64,000 nt of DNA. Source: Octopus sinensis (Eukaryota). A model generated the notes under the pieces. That model was given only the letters and a program-made list of their open reading frames with translations. It was not told where the DNA came from and ran no database searches. The number at the start of each line of letters is the position of its first letter. Positions within the stretch are counted from its first letter, which is position 1. Positions 1 through 13,026 of this stretch are shown in pieces. The translations under genes and the position numbers were made by a program. The stretch lies in contig NC_043011.1 of NCBI RefSeq assembly GCF_006345805.1, forward strand, positions 61,268,464 through 61,332,463, read 5' to 3'.

Positions 1-410
1 TTGAACATTACAGTTTATCACAATTTTATTATGCAGATTACTGGATGAAGATTGGCCCTTAATCGTACAGTTTCTAATTTAGGTTATGTAGAGATGCAAG
101 ATTCAAACCAATTAATTATTCATATTGGTACGCTTTAATGACCATATACACAGGCCTTTTTTTTTTACCTTTGATGAAACAAATAAATGAGCTAATTTTA
201 CAACAGATAAGTCACTTAAACGAGGACACGACAAATCAGCGATATGTTATACATTGGTAATTTCTCATGTGACAATCTGAAATGTGTTTAGTCAAATCTA
301 GTCTTATTTAGACTATCTGTACCAGTATTTTCCTCGGCCCAAGATTCAGGGGCCCTCTATCAACGTCTCTATAACTGTTCCAATCCTCTGACATTACTGA
401 CACAACATTA

Positions 411-574
411 AGGCGGCGAGCTAACAGAAACGTTAGCACGCCGGGCGAAATGCTTAGCGGCATTTCGTCTGTCTTTACGTTCTGAGTTCAAATTCTGCCG
501 AGGTCGACTTTGCCTTTCATTCTTTCGAGGTCGATAAATTAAGTACCTGTTGCGCACCGGGGTCGATCTAATCG
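411..574 (+). mobile_element. tRNA-derived SINE, family A (head GGCGGCGAGCTGGCAGAA...GAGTTCAAATT)
   Basis: aggcggcgagctaacagaaacgttagcacgccgggcgaaatgcttagcgg...gttctgagttcaaattctgccgaggtcgactttgcc; B-box-like GAGTTCAAAT; the same sequence recurs many times in the window on both strands. Confidence 0.85.
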
Positions 575-828
575 TTATAATACCTATTTAGCCAAGACTA
601 CATAGCTCAGTAGAATGAACTTTGTGGATGATATATAAATGTTTGTATGCCTTCCAAATGTTTAGTAGATCGAGATAAAGTCTCCTTCAAAAATGGCATT
701 GAAACGAATAGGTGTATACACACATACATACACATACATACATACATGCATACAAGCATACTTACATACATACATGAATACATACATGCATACATACATA
801 TATACTTACATACATACATGCATACATA

Positions 829-1061
829 CCAGCGAAAAAGAGAATACCAACGCTGAACCATTGAGAAATTTGTCGTAACTCTACTCAGATTACAAGATCA
901 GGTTAATACCTTTATTTATTGGAACACTAGTACATGTAGCACACTACCTAAATACCAATCCTGAGAAAATAGGCTTCTCAAAACCAGAACGGAGAAACCT
1001 GATTTGCAAACTACAGGACCAAGCCATCACTGGAAGTGTAAAAATTTGTAAAATATTTTAA
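829..1061 (+). mobile_element. 3' fragment of an RLE-type (R4/NeSL/CRE-like) non-LTR retrotransposon ORF
   Basis: Manual translation SEKENTNAEPLRNLS*LYSDYKIRLIPLFIGTLVHVAHYLNTNPEKIGFSKPERRNLICKLQDQAITGSVKICKIF* resembles the C-terminal end of a restriction-like endonuclease domain (K..KY region, then P..IG..G); one internal stop. Confidence 0.6.
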
Positions 1062-1162
1062 GTATATACAGACTGTTCTGTTAATGAGATCAACTGGAAA
1101 CCTCATTGCTGTTACCTGGCGGAGTGACAATTATATTTACATACATACATATATCGGATAAA

Positions 1163-1463
1163 GGATAAAGACCCCCTTTAGTCATATATGACCATGGGAT
1201 TGCACCTAGAAAGTTCCCCTCTGTGGCACAAGTCTGGGCAAAGTTGTTTATGGAAGACCAGCAGTTGTCCACACATATCACCCGTCCCTCTCTATGCCAC
1301 GAATGTTGTCCAAGGGTGAGAAAAACGGCGATACATCTTGGCACCGGCGATGTCACAACTCATTTCTACAGCTGAGTGAACTGTTACAACGGGGAATACA
1401 GTGTCTTTCTCAAGAACACAACACACAGTCCGATCCGGGAATCGGACTCACTACCTCACGATG
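1163..1463 (-). mobile_element. SINE with CORE-like central domain and distinct 3' tail
   Basis: Minus strand: gagtccgattcccgga...gtgttcttgagaaagacactg...ttcactcagctgtagaaatgag, similar to the segments at 54490-54560 and 62100-62190; tail ...ggtgcaatcccatggtc...gggggtctttatcc. Confidence 0.65.
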
Positions 1464-2213
1464 TGTGTGTGTGTGGTGTGTGTGTGTGTGTGTCTGTGTG
1501 TGTTGCTTTATTCTTGACTAGTCTACAGTTTTTAAATATACTTTAACCCTTGCTTTTCTCTCTAAGTAATGGGAGCAGAGTGGAAATTTGGGGAAGCTGG
1601 TAAGAAGGAAGCAATATTAGAAGAGAAACAAGAGAAGGAACAAAATATAAATGGTGAAGAGGAAGGTAGAAGAAAAATGGTTTGGGTTTGGTCTCAACTG
1701 AAATTAAATCTTAAATATATGGCTATAGGTATAACTTGGCGAATGATTAATGTCATCATAATGGATATGTCAATGAGTAACTGGTCTTTAGCAGTTTGTG
1801 TAGGGCTGCTACAGTTGTAATTTGAATTGATTATCTGGGACATTAATCAATCTTCCTACTATAGACATAAGGCCTGGAATATTGGAACAAGGAGTACTTG
1901 ATTACATCGATTTCAGTGTACAACTCGTGCCTCTTTAATCGACCGCAAAATGATGAAGAAAAGCAAAGTCGACTTCAAAGGTATTTTGAAATTAGAGCAT
2001 AAAGAAGCGGAGGAAACCTGCAAAGTTATTTCCTTTCATGAAAACAATTTCGAGCTGTCTGTGTTTTGTCTGGCACTAAATATCAAGATAAGTTCAGGGC
2101 TGTAGTTATAAAAAAAACATTATATTTTATTTTATGAGCAACTAATTTAATAGAAGGGAGATGTGATAGCAACGAAAAGTCATTACGCTTCTCAGTGAGT
2201 AACTATAATTTAT

Positions 2214-2580
2214 GTGGAAGCGCAATGGCCAACTGGTTAGGGCAGCGGACACGCGGTCATAGGATCACGGTTTCGATTCCCAGACAAGGCGTTGTGAGTT
2301 TTTTATTGAGCGAAAACACTTAAAGCTCCACGAGCTCCGGCAGGAGATGGCGGCGAACCCTGCTGTACTCCTTCACCACAACTTTCTCTCACTCTTTCTT
2401 CCTGTTTCTGTTGTACCTGTATTTCAAATGGCCATCCTTGTCACATTGAATCCCCTGAGCACTACATTAAAGGCACACATGTCTGTGGAGTACTCAGCCA
2501 CTTAGACATTAATTTCAGGAGCAGGCTGTTCCGTTGATCGGATCAACTGGAACTCTCGTCGTCGTAACCGACGGAGTGCC
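2214..2580 (+). mobile_element. tRNA-derived SINE, family C, full length
   Basis: A-box-like tggccaactggtt and B-box-like ggtttcgattccc; the head recurs inverted at 34748-34918; tail ...gatcaactggaactctcgtcgtcgtaaccgacggagtgcc is shared with 62190-62352 and 1088-1128. Confidence 0.8.
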
Positions 2581-3547
2581 ACGTAATGATTATCTTTTAT
2601 AATGCGTGAAGGCAATTATAGAATCTTCAGGGATATTTAAAAACGGGACAGAATTCTTTAGGAAGATGGTTAATTAACTGTCTTCGTACCTCATTTATCA
2701 TATAACTATAATTACAGAACTCATTAGTTGCATATTTCGTTCTTAATAACTTATTAAAATCGTATTCTAGTTTCCCTATAACCATTCACTACATTAACTT
2801 TATAATTGATACCATCGATGATTTTCTCCAACCTACAATTGTTGCAATCAATTGATGTTACCACAAACCATTTCAACCTTCGAAATCCATCATGCCAATT
2901 TGAAATAATGGCTTCCGTCCATTAATCACCGCAATACATATATCGCTACACCCATGGACAAAGATACCAAAACCATTAACTACCATAGTCGTCCTTTCCA
3001 TTCCAATCCTCTCCTTATGCCTTATATCGTACTACTCCACGTTTCTCCTTCATTTCTGCCTTCTGTCTTTCTAACCATTTTGGTTTTCAGTTCTGTCACT
3101 TAATTCCCATCATTAGCTTTGAGAAAATCAAAAGACAAGAAACAGATTTATCAAACTGAAACAGTTAAGAACAAATATATCTAATCTTTTTTCCTGAAAC
3201 ACTGACCATTCTAACTATGAACAAACAATATATATAAGTATATATACACACACTCGTGCGAACGCACACACACGCACACACATATATACATATATATGCA
3301 GATATTTAATACATTATTTTCTATGATATATATATATAAGAGATAACGGTGGCATTGAGACCCAAAGGTGTCAGATAATGCTGAATAAGTGCTATAGACA
3401 GACCATAGTAAAGTTCCAGATTCGGTGATATTGCGAATAATGGGTTCAACGTTGGTCATATGTCAGCGTGTGTATATAAGAATTTTTTGCGTAATAAGAT
3501 AAAAAAAAACAAGGTTGTGTAGATATTAGAGCATTTATAGATAGAAG

Positions 3548-3599
3548 GTCTTACAGCTGTTTCTAGGATATTAATTAATAATATCCTTTCATCGGAGAC
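3548..3599 (-). ncRNA. Minimal type I hammerhead-ribozyme-like motif (variant core), in a probable Penelope-like pLTR remnant
   Basis: Minus strand: gtct-CCGATGA-a-aggatatt attaatt aatatcct-a-GAAAC-agct-GTA-agac. Stem I gtct/agac, stem II 8-9 bp, palindromic stem III loop, GUA site. Confidence 0.55.
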
Positions 3600-3688
3600 G
3601 GTATGAGAAGATGGTTAAGTCATGGTTAGTTTAGATGTGATACAAACTGGAGAGTGAGGTGGAGGAAAGAAAAAGAAATGTAAGATAT

Positions 3689-3716
3689 GTTAGTTAGTTA
3701 GTTAGTTAGTTAGTTA
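3689..3716 (-). repeat. (TAAC)7 microsatellite tail of the CR1 LINE
   Basis: (gtta)7 on the + strand, ending 64 bp from the ORF2 stop; short tandem tails are typical of CR1. Confidence 0.85.
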
Positions 3717-3780
3717 ATTTGGCTCAAAAGCAAATAGCAAGGCCATGTAGGGGGACATGGAGTTAAGTACAGGGTGGTGT

Positions 3781-6664
3781 TCATGTAAAGAGTTCAGGCC
3801 ACTTGAGGTCCAGGGAGGCTTTGAACAAAGCGGTCGTCGGCATCTTCACCATCTCATCTGGCAGCTTGTTCCACGGATCCGCAACCCGGACGGAGAAAGC
3901 TCCTCTCCTTCGATTGAGATGAAATCGTCGCAGGTAGAGCTTTTCGGAATGACCCCGCAGCCGACGCTCCGGAGCAGGAGTGAAGAACAGCTCTTTCGAG
4001 AGGTTACACTTCCCGCTTATGATGTTGTGGGCGAGAATGAGATCACCACGGCGGCGGCGTTTTTCAAGAGAATAAAGGTCGAGCGTCCTCAGCCTTTCTT
4101 CGTAGGACAAATTTTTGAGACCATGAACCAGGCGGGTAGCCAGCCTCTGGACTCTTTCGAGGTGCTGTATGTCTTTGAGGAGATAAGGAGAAGAGGCTTG
4201 AATCCCATACTCCAATATGGGTCTCACCAGCGTGACATAGAGTGGCAGGAATATGGCTGCTGTGAGCACTCCGAATGACCGTCGAATCAAAAAAGAATTC
4301 CGCGCGCTTTGTTGGCAGCATGGACGCACTGGGCCGAAGGCGAAAAGGAGGAATCCACCAAGATACCCAGGTCCTTTACCTGATCGGTCCTCTCCAGCAG
4401 CAGACGACCCGGCTCGAAATCAAGTTGAGTTGCAGGAGTAGAGCCGACAGGCAGATGACAGCACTTTGACACGTTCAGACACAGGTCCCAATCGTTAGAC
4501 CACTTCCAAATTTGGTGGAGGCATCGACGAAGATCCTCTATACTACCGCGAGGAGCGACCAGTTTGATATCGTCGGCAAATAGAAGGGTGTGTTGCGTGA
4601 GGTCGTCGGGCAAGTCATTTATGAAGACTAAGAACAACAAGGGCCCAAGCACTGAACCTTGAGGCACGCCACTGCTCGCACTGGAGACGTCGGACCGCGA
4701 ACCATTAACTTGAACTTGGAAGGAGCGATCTGAGAGAAGGCACCAACCCATCGTACAATATCCGGATGGAAACTATATGCTTGAAGCTTGACAAGTAGTA
4801 GGCGGTGGTTTACCGAGTCAAAAGCTTTGGCAAAGTCCAATAAAACGATGTCAACAGCATCACTATCATCGAGGATGCGCGTCACCAATTCTTCCATTAC
4901 TAGTAAGTTGGTCAAGCATGATCTCTTCGGCACGAAGCCGTGTTGGGAATCAGTGATCGAGGCTGTGCTTAGGAGGTGGAGCATCATACTTTTCTTAAGG
5001 ATGGTTTCGAACATCTTGCTGATTATTGATGTAAGGGAAACCGGTCGGTAGTTAAGCGGGTCTTCGCGGCTCCCTTTCTTGAAAATTGGGCAGATTATCG
5101 CTGTTCTCCAGTCTGCAGGTATAACACCCGTCGCCAATGACATATTGAATAGTCGTGTTAAGGGCTCGCAGATGACCGGAGCCAACGCTTTGATAACCCG
5201 TGGGTGTATGCCGTCAGGGCCGTGACCCTTGTTGACATCGAGGCCTTGAATAACACGTTTGACTTGGTCCCGCGTGATGATCAATCGAAGCATTGGAGGT
5301 ACCGATCTATCAAATGGAGGGGGTTCACGACCATCATCTTGTTTGAAAATAGTTGAAAAAGCCTCGGCAAATAATTGACTCTGTTGATAAGGGTCCTCAA
5401 TCGACACGCCTGTTGAGTCTACCAATGTTACAATCTGGTTGTTCAAGCGGGAATTCCGCTGGACATGGGCAAAGAAGGTTTTGGGATTGCTACTGGCATT
5501 TGCCGCGATTTTGTATTCATAACTGAAGCGTTCTTTCTTTTCAATTTTCACGGCTCGGTCTCGTTGAGTTTTGTACACCTCAAAAGCTGCAGTCGAATCC
5601 AGATTTTTGAATTCAGCCCAAGCAATATCTCTGAGTCGACGTTCTCGTTTAACCTTCTTCGTCACCCAGGGCTTGTGTTTCTTCCTCTGGAAGTCCAACG
5701 GGAACTGCCTGGTCAGTCAAACAGATTACATATGCTTTGAGGGATGACCATAGTTCGTCAACTGAGGACAACGTCATCAGGGAACGCCAGTCCAGAAGCG
5801 CGGAAGCCTCGGTTAGAATTTCAAGATTAATTGCAGAGAAGACTCTACGTGGCAGCGAAGTAATCGTGGGCGTGGAAAAAGTTTTGTGCATGACGAACTT
5901 CAGGACCGCATGATCACTCTTGGCAAGAGGGGCGCACACAGATACGTCTGACACTGATCTTGGATAGCGGGAGAATACCAGATCTAGCATAGATGGCTGC
6001 TGCCCAGACCGATGCCTTGTCGGATATTCAACATGTTGCGATAGAAAACAATCTTCAGCCACGTCAAGAAGGGCCTGGCCGAACCGGGAAGATGTTGTAC
6101 AAATTGATGCGGGCCAATCGATCACGGGAGCGTTGAAGTCGCCTAGTACCAAGCAGTCATGCGAAGCTGAAACGAATCTTATCGCTTCGAGTAGATAAGC
6201 ATCGTCCTGGGGGTCGGCTAGAGGCGGCCTGTAGACAGCCAACACGGGCAGGCAAAACTCAGATAGGCTCAGCTTGCAATAGACGGCATCGAATTTGGTT
6301 GTAGGTTGAGCATTTGTGGGTAGAATACCGCAGGACGGTTTGTGCTCAGACTTAACATACACAGCAACACCTCCACCTCGCCTTTTTCCTCTGTCACATC
6401 TGAAAAGGACGTAGCCCTGCAGGTGGATCTCTGAGTCCTTTACTGCTGGAGTCAGCCAAGTCTCGGTGATAGCTATCACATCAGGGGAGTCGCGTAGGCC
6501 AGTGTAAATAGTTCACTGAACTTTGGGAATAAGGAGCACGAGTTGGTGTAGACGATGCTGAGCTGTGAAGTCTGAGGGGCGGGAGTTGGGGAACAAGCAG
6601 AATAAAGGGCATCAGAGATAGCATCGTTGACGGGGGTATCAACTTCACTTCGATTTGCCCTCAC
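3781..6664 (-). pseudogene. LINE ORF2 (APE endonuclease + reverse transcriptase), four frameshifts
   Basis: Joins ORF segments 6476-6664, 5649-6479, 4628-5698, 4287-4751 and 3781-4329. Shifts at about 6490 (-1), 5700 (+1), 4735 (-1) and 4290 (-1); no in-frame nonsense codon within the segments. Confidence 0.92.
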
Positions 6665-8121
6665 ATCACTTTCCCTGTCAGCACTACAGCATGGGACCAG
6701 AGGTAGGACTTGATTATCTGTCCATCTTGGATTCGTAAACCCTTCTCTCCCATTTGTTTCCTCATCTTTAGCTCGGATATCAGGTTCCTCCGGCGAATTC
6801 TCTCTCTTAGTGAGTATTCCTCGCGAAAACCCATATTGGGGTCCTCCCAGGCATGCGTCTGAGCTCTGTTCAGAAAGACTGAAGCCTCCCGATCAGAAGA
6901 AAAGATTACCCTTATTGGGCGTGGTCTAGTATCTGCGGTTGGGTTCGCTTGGAATCTTCCTAGCCGAGCGACCTTAAGAACACTGACATTTTCGTTCACA
7001 GAGAACAATTTTCCAACCAAAATGGAAACAAAATTAATGTCATCTTTTAGGCGGTTTATGCCTGTATCACAGGTGGATTCCGCTTTGCCATATATTATTG
7101 CCGATCTTGAGTGGGCAAAAAGTTCTCTACTATGAGCTGCGGTATTCGATTCTTCGTTGAAGGATTTCGAAAGAGTGGTTTCATAGCCATCGGACTTATG
7201 TCGGCCTGTGGGGTCGATCGGAATGGATTTAGTGGTCATAATTTTCCCGCCTGGTTTGGAACTGCACTGCCTCTTCTTCGGTTTGGGGGAGCACCACTCC
7301 CCAGATGAACCCACATCGAGATCGTTCAGAATTGGTTGAGCAATGGCATTAATGGGAAGGACAAGTGAAGGAGAATCCAAACAGATTTTATCGTGATCAG
7401 GTTTCATAGCCAAATCTGCCCCTCTGGAGTTTTGACTACGTTTCTTCTTTTAGGGAGAACAACGGTCTTCAGGTGGGTTTGAGTCTACGCTCCTCGAACT
7501 AGGTTGGGGAACCTCCGGGACCGAAAAGGCAGATGAGGAAGAATCCGCACAGGAACGATCATGTGCAGGAACGACCGCCGGTTCCTTCGCCTTCTTTGGT
7601 CGCTTCGATTTTGTTCCCTTCGGTTTGGACGTCTCCAGGGAAGAAATCAAGGGTGACTCTGCGTCAACAGGAGACCGTTTATCGTGGTCAGGTTTCATAG
7701 CTAAATCCGCCCCACTGGAGTTTTGACGACGTTTCTTCATTTGGGGAGAACAACGGTCTTCGGGTGGGTTTGAGTCTACGCTCCTCAAATTAGGTTGGGG
7801 AACCTCCGGGACCGAAAAGGCAGATGAGGAAGAATCCGCACGGGAACGATCATGTGCAGAAACGACCGCCGGTTCCTTCGCCTTCTTTGGCCGCCTCGAT
7901 TTTGTTCTCTTCGGTTTGGACGTCTCCAGGGAAGAAATCAAGGGTGACTCTGCGTCAACAGGAGACTGTTTATTCAGTAAGAGAGCAACAACAGACTTTA
8001 GGTGCTCAACCTCTTGTTTGAGCAACAGCAACTGTTCGTTGAGCTGACTGTTGGTAGGACCATCATCTCGATGAGAAGCCCTACTTGCAGATTTCAGTTT
8101 CGATGCGTAGGTAGCTGACAT
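6661..8121 (-). pseudogene. LINE ORF1 (coiled-coil, S/K-rich linker, RRM-like C-terminal half), one premature stop
   Basis: ORFs 7450-8121 and 6661-7413 are in the same frame, split by TAA at 7450-7452 (CAA in the sister repeat copy). C-terminal IIYGKAES...RLGR...RPRPIRVIF resembles CR1/L2 ORF1. Confidence 0.82.
7388..7973. repeat. 291-bp in-frame tandem duplication (2 copies, 97 codons) inside ORF1
   Basis: Anchors atcgtg at 7390/7681, gggagaac at 7453/7744 and tgcgtc at 7660/7951 are all 291 apart. Confidence 0.95.
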
Positions 8122-8748
8122 GATGGATGGTTGACTAAAAACAATCCTCTATGGGCTCTAGGACAAATCGGGGTTAAATCAGGAACAAAAACAGGTGCAA
8201 TCCTTGTAGGAGTAGGCACAGCAGACTAAAACTGAGAGAGTTTGGGCTGAGCCGAATCACAATCCAAGATTGAAAGCAGACGGTGCAACGAGTCGGGAAC
8301 CCTTCCTAATTGTCTGAAGCAGCTTTAGGATAAGGGATAGTATGTCCAAACTTTAGAATATTGATATGCATGTAACATGTTCCACACGATTAAATATCAC
8401 TTGACGTGCCATATAGTACTTCAATAATTGCATCTGCGCATGTTTGAATACTGTGTTTATGTGCGAGAAGGCACATGTTTTTGTCTATTGTTAAATTAGA
8501 TTATTAATTTTTCTTTTTTATTCTCACGTATGTATGGGTATTGAAGTTGTAAATCCGTTTTATAGGCATTATGGTATATATGCAATATTCCAATATCGTA
8601 TGAGTAATGTCCAAAAGTCCCACAGAGTTTAAAATGAGTCCATCCAAATATAGAGTTTCTAAGCAATGTAAGAACCCCTTATGAGTGAGATCCTGCAGAT
8701 TTTTAAACTTGGTCATTCCCAGTAGAGAATTGAATTTATATACAGTGT

Positions 8749-8792
<44 letters not shown>

Positions 8793-9030
8793 CTTTATTT
8801 ATATACTACCAAACGCACATGTTTATATGTGTGTGTATACATTATATACATAAGTATATCTGAGTACGTGAAGTAGTAGTAGTAGTTTTAGTAACAGTAA
8901 TAATAATAATAATAATTATAATAGTATTAATAATAATAATAATAATAATTATAATCATCATAATAATAATAGTATTAATGATAATAATAATAATAGTAGT
9001 AGTAGTATTAATAATAATAATAGTAGTAGT

Positions 9031-9077
<47 letters not shown>

Positions 9078-9612
9078 CAACAACAACAACAACAAGAGCA
9101 ACAGCAGCAAAAGAAACGCCATGGTGAAATACCGTCTGTATTAACTTAATCTACAGATTTAAAACCAATATCAAAGCACTTTGTATAAAAGGAAATTTAA
9201 AATGCTTATACAATGTACAACATGCGCACGCACGCATGCACGCACGTACACACACACACGCACACACTCGCACACACACGCATAACCACACGTGCACACT
9301 TATATCTCATAAAATATTTATCAGATTCTTGTTGACATTTTCAAAGGAATGTTAATGTCTTTTCAAATCGTAATAATTTATTGCATTCATACAATCGACA
9401 TTGTTTCTTTTTTTGTCCTAATCAAGCTTAAGCAACCAATGTTTCTTTCCTCCTTATCCTAGAATTGTCTAAATCTTTCCATTCTCATACATACAGGAAT
9501 ACAGACATACTCACGTACATGTATATATAACCATATGTGTCTGTATGTGTGTCTGTGTATGTGTGTATATATATGAATATGTATATGTATATATATATAT
9601 GTATGTGTATAA

Positions 9613-9700
<88 letters not shown>

Positions 9701-9739
9701 GTATATATATATATATGTATATATATATGTATATATATG

Positions 9740-9771
<32 letters not shown>

Positions 9772-9778
9772 TAAGTAA

Positions 9779-9813
<35 letters not shown>

Positions 9814-10884
9814 CTTATGCATAACTTCTCCTTACTTATCCTATAGTTAACTTAATCTTTTTCTTCTTACTGTCAGTAGTAATGTTTTCCAATAATGTTG
9901 GCTCTAATTCTTACCATTATTTCTAAAGTGGCGCATCAAAGTATTTGATTTTCTGCTTCATTTGTGCATTTTCAATAATTGATTCTTCCATGAATTTCGA
10001 GTATTCTTTTAGTATGCAGATCCTCTGTGCCAAAAATATAGCATCACCTACTTTATACTTAATAAATGCCTTGTTTAATTGGCTAGAAAGAGTTAAAAAG
10101 TTATCAACGATCTATTATCCTGCTATTGTTTAACCCCAGGCCTTCCCTGATCAAACAGAACCATGATCAAATATATTTCGCCCTTGATCATTCAAGGGTA
10201 TCTAGCGTCTTCGTTCTCAGACTTTCTCTCCATATGTCCGCCGTATTTTGATGATGTCAGAAATCCTGAAGCACTATAGCAAAGTCTGAAGAGTCGTAAA
10301 TCTTGTATGATATTCGTAAGAGCTTTTCTGTTGCTTTCGTCAAGCTATTTACAGTTTAATCTTTTAGACCCATACCACACTGAGATCAACCTTGGATCAC
10401 TTTCTAACCCATTTGCAAGTGGACAGCTTCTGGCACATCAGCCCGTATCCACATTCCCAGATGGCCTGTATACCTTAGCTACTCGCATACTCCCCAAATT
10501 TATGATTTTCCCGACCAAAGAATAAGTTGGCTAATGTTTACTCTCATTTCGATAAACTGTTGAGTGTAATTTACAGGGAATTTCGATTCCTATTTCCAGC
10601 AGATCAACCTGTTGTACGTGGCATCCATTAGTGACTTGTATAATATCGGTATTTAGCTAGTTTAGTATTATTAAGCGAATTTACAACTGGAAAGGGAAGT
10701 GGTTATTAGATTCCTTCTTTGTAATACCGCGAATGTGACATTTTCATTGCAGAGCTGAAGATGTAATGTATTGACCAGCATCCATCTACAATATATTCCT
10801 AAAGGAGGAGTATTCAAAAGGTTTGTACGAGCTGCTGAAAATCACAGTCAAATCGACCTCGAACGATACCTTAAAGTCATAATT

Positions 10885-11580
10885 TTGGTTTAAAGCATTC
10901 GTTCGTTACAAGGTCCTTAGACCACTGAAATGGTAAGAGCTACGAGAATAAAATGAACGCTAGATAGAAATCAATAGGTGACGATGTAAATTAGACTTAA
11001 AAGACTGGAGGTCATGTTGAAGAGGAAAACAAGTCTGTAGAAGGTGATTCCAAAGTTCAGTGCTTTGCGACACTTTGGAGGTTGCATGGTATGCTGATGA
11101 GAACTGTATACAAGTCTGGTTGATTGCTGATACGTTCTTAAAGGAGGAACCAGAGAAGAGAGCTCAAGCCACACGACAACGATGAGAGTGTGGATCCAGT
11201 TTAGAAGATAGGTCAGGACCAACAGCATTACAAATGCGGCGTTGAATGTGGTCCAACAGATTTAAATAATCCGCTGTAGCACCTGCCTATATGTCAGAGC
11301 AGTACTCAATGCAGGGGCGAGTGGTGGACTTATAAAGATAAAGGATAGTCTCAGAAGTGAGATGATTCCTCGAACGAAGGAGTGAGCCTACCTTCAATGC
11401 AGCCGATTTGACAATAGATTCAATGTAAGCCCTCTAAGAAAAATCGTTACAGAAAGTCACTCCTAAGAGAGAAAGAGAACGACTCTCAGGTAAGTCAATA
11501 CCATCCATCGAAACAGATGTCAAGAAAGGATGTCTGAAGCGATTAACTGAAAGCAATTTAGTTTTCGATGGATTGGACGT
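10885..11580 (-). mobile_element. Old CR1/L2-group LINE 3' fragment (RT C-terminus + 3' UTR)
   Basis: Manual translation from 11580: SKTKLLSVNRF...LSLLGVTFCNDFS*RAYIESIVKSAALKVGSLLRSRNHL...LYLYKSTTRPCIEYCSDI*AGA...LLDHIQRRIC...LWNHL; several stops. Confidence 0.8.
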
Positions 11581-12389
11581 AATAAAAAAGAGAAAGTTAT
11601 GTTATATTTCCTTTGTGCTATAACATGGCAGTACCAATAGTTACCAGTATAGTTATGAACAAACATACAGATAATCACTAGGTATTTTCAAACCTTAACC
11701 CAGAAGGACCGCAAAGACGTGGGTACTATAAGGGCGGGGAGATGTATCAGTGTGTTTTTACTATTATTTTATTATTTTTCTTATATCGATCTCTTTTCAA
11801 CCTTTCTGTGTTAACAAATATACTTACAGTCAAGTACTGGGTGTGTTTATCCAATCTAATTGGCCCTCACTGCTTCTTTTTCACTCACTCTTTCGTCAAT
11901 TGTCTGTTTTATCATCGCTCTATCTTTCACAATTGCTTATATGAATGGGCCAAAGAAGGACCTTACACATCGCAGCCCTAGCGGCCCTTTCAGCATCAAT
12001 CTGTCGATTCGTTAAAAGAAAACAAATGAGTAGATAAAATAATAATATCAATAATACTGATGACTTTCATGAAATATTTCACGTATTTCACTTCCAGTGA
12101 GATTTCTGCTTCCATGAATTTCGCATCTTGCTGGCTGTTTCGTTAATTTCAGATATAAAAGAAAAGAATAATTATCTCAGAAATAACAATTATAATAATA
12201 ATAATGATAAAATTAAAAAGAAATTGTGTTGAAAGCGTCCCTACAAAATGTTATGATTAGATTAATCTGATATGAGACAATAATTTATAGTTGAATTTCT
12301 TCCGACTACGTTACTCATCAAAAAGAAAAAACATCTAATAGACCTAATAAACTGAAGTATCCCATTTTGGAAAAGACCCACTCTATGTA

Positions 12390-12490
<101 letters not shown>

Positions 12491-12523
12491 GTATGTATGT
12501 ATGTATGTATATGTATGAATATA

Positions 12524-13026
12524 TCTATATATATAAAACTCTAGTTGTGTGAGTGTCTGTCCCCTTCGATTTAGATTCCTAACTCCTCCCACATTTTGCG
12601 GTGCAGTTTAACCAATTCGGGTATCTTATAGTCGTGATTCATATCGAGCCCGTCTGACGATTAGCGCGCGTCAACGATGAGTCTACGATTTTAAAAATAA
12701 TTTAACATCATTTTTTATTCCATTTTAATGCATAAAATGCATCGTATGTCGATGGCGGCGGAGTTGGCGTCCACGCTCACAGCTGCACCTGTTGCTTCTC
12801 CCCCTTCCCTCCCTCGTGAAGCTGTGGGGAAGGGAGTGTAAAGAAATCAACGTCGTAATGCGTTGTGAAGGAAACCAGCGTTCTTTTAGAACAACGACTT
12901 CATGGCTTGAAGACACCAAAACAAAAATGGCTAAGAAAGCCCGAATTTATAAGGGAAGTAACTCTCTAAAAATGCTTATATAGTTATTTCCCTTACAAAC
13001 CCGAGCAACGCCGGGCGATACTGCTA

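Larger units (their letters stand above)
3689..8310 (-). mobile_element. Near full-length CR1-group LINE (about 4.6 kb)
   Basis: ORF1, then APE endonuclease (IAITETWL, LVLGDFNAP, LDLVF, SDH), RT (YRPVSLTS, QHGF, LDFAKAFDSV, PQGSVLGP, LFADD) and CR1-type C-terminus (LSYEERL..LDLYSLEKRR.RGDLI); 3' tail (TAAC)7. The 5' boundary is approximate and no TSD was seen. Confidence 0.93.

Noticed and set aside
2214-2290. tRNA-like sequence (also at 18412, 23722, 32560-32630, 34850-34918 and 62400)
   Set aside because: A/B boxes are present but there is no complete cloverleaf; these are SINE heads, not tRNA genes
3689-3716. Telomere-like repeat
   Set aside because: The unit is GTTA, not TTAGGG, and its position marks it as the LINE 3' tail
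3757-5740. Plus-strand ORFs overlapping the LINE (173, 87, 91 aa and others)
   Set aside because: Antisense shadows of the RT coding region
8335-8720. Target-site duplication for the CR1 LINE, and a possible RT-like ORF at 8504-8716
   Set aside because: No convincing match to the 3680-3689 flank, and the ORF lacks diagnostic RT motifs
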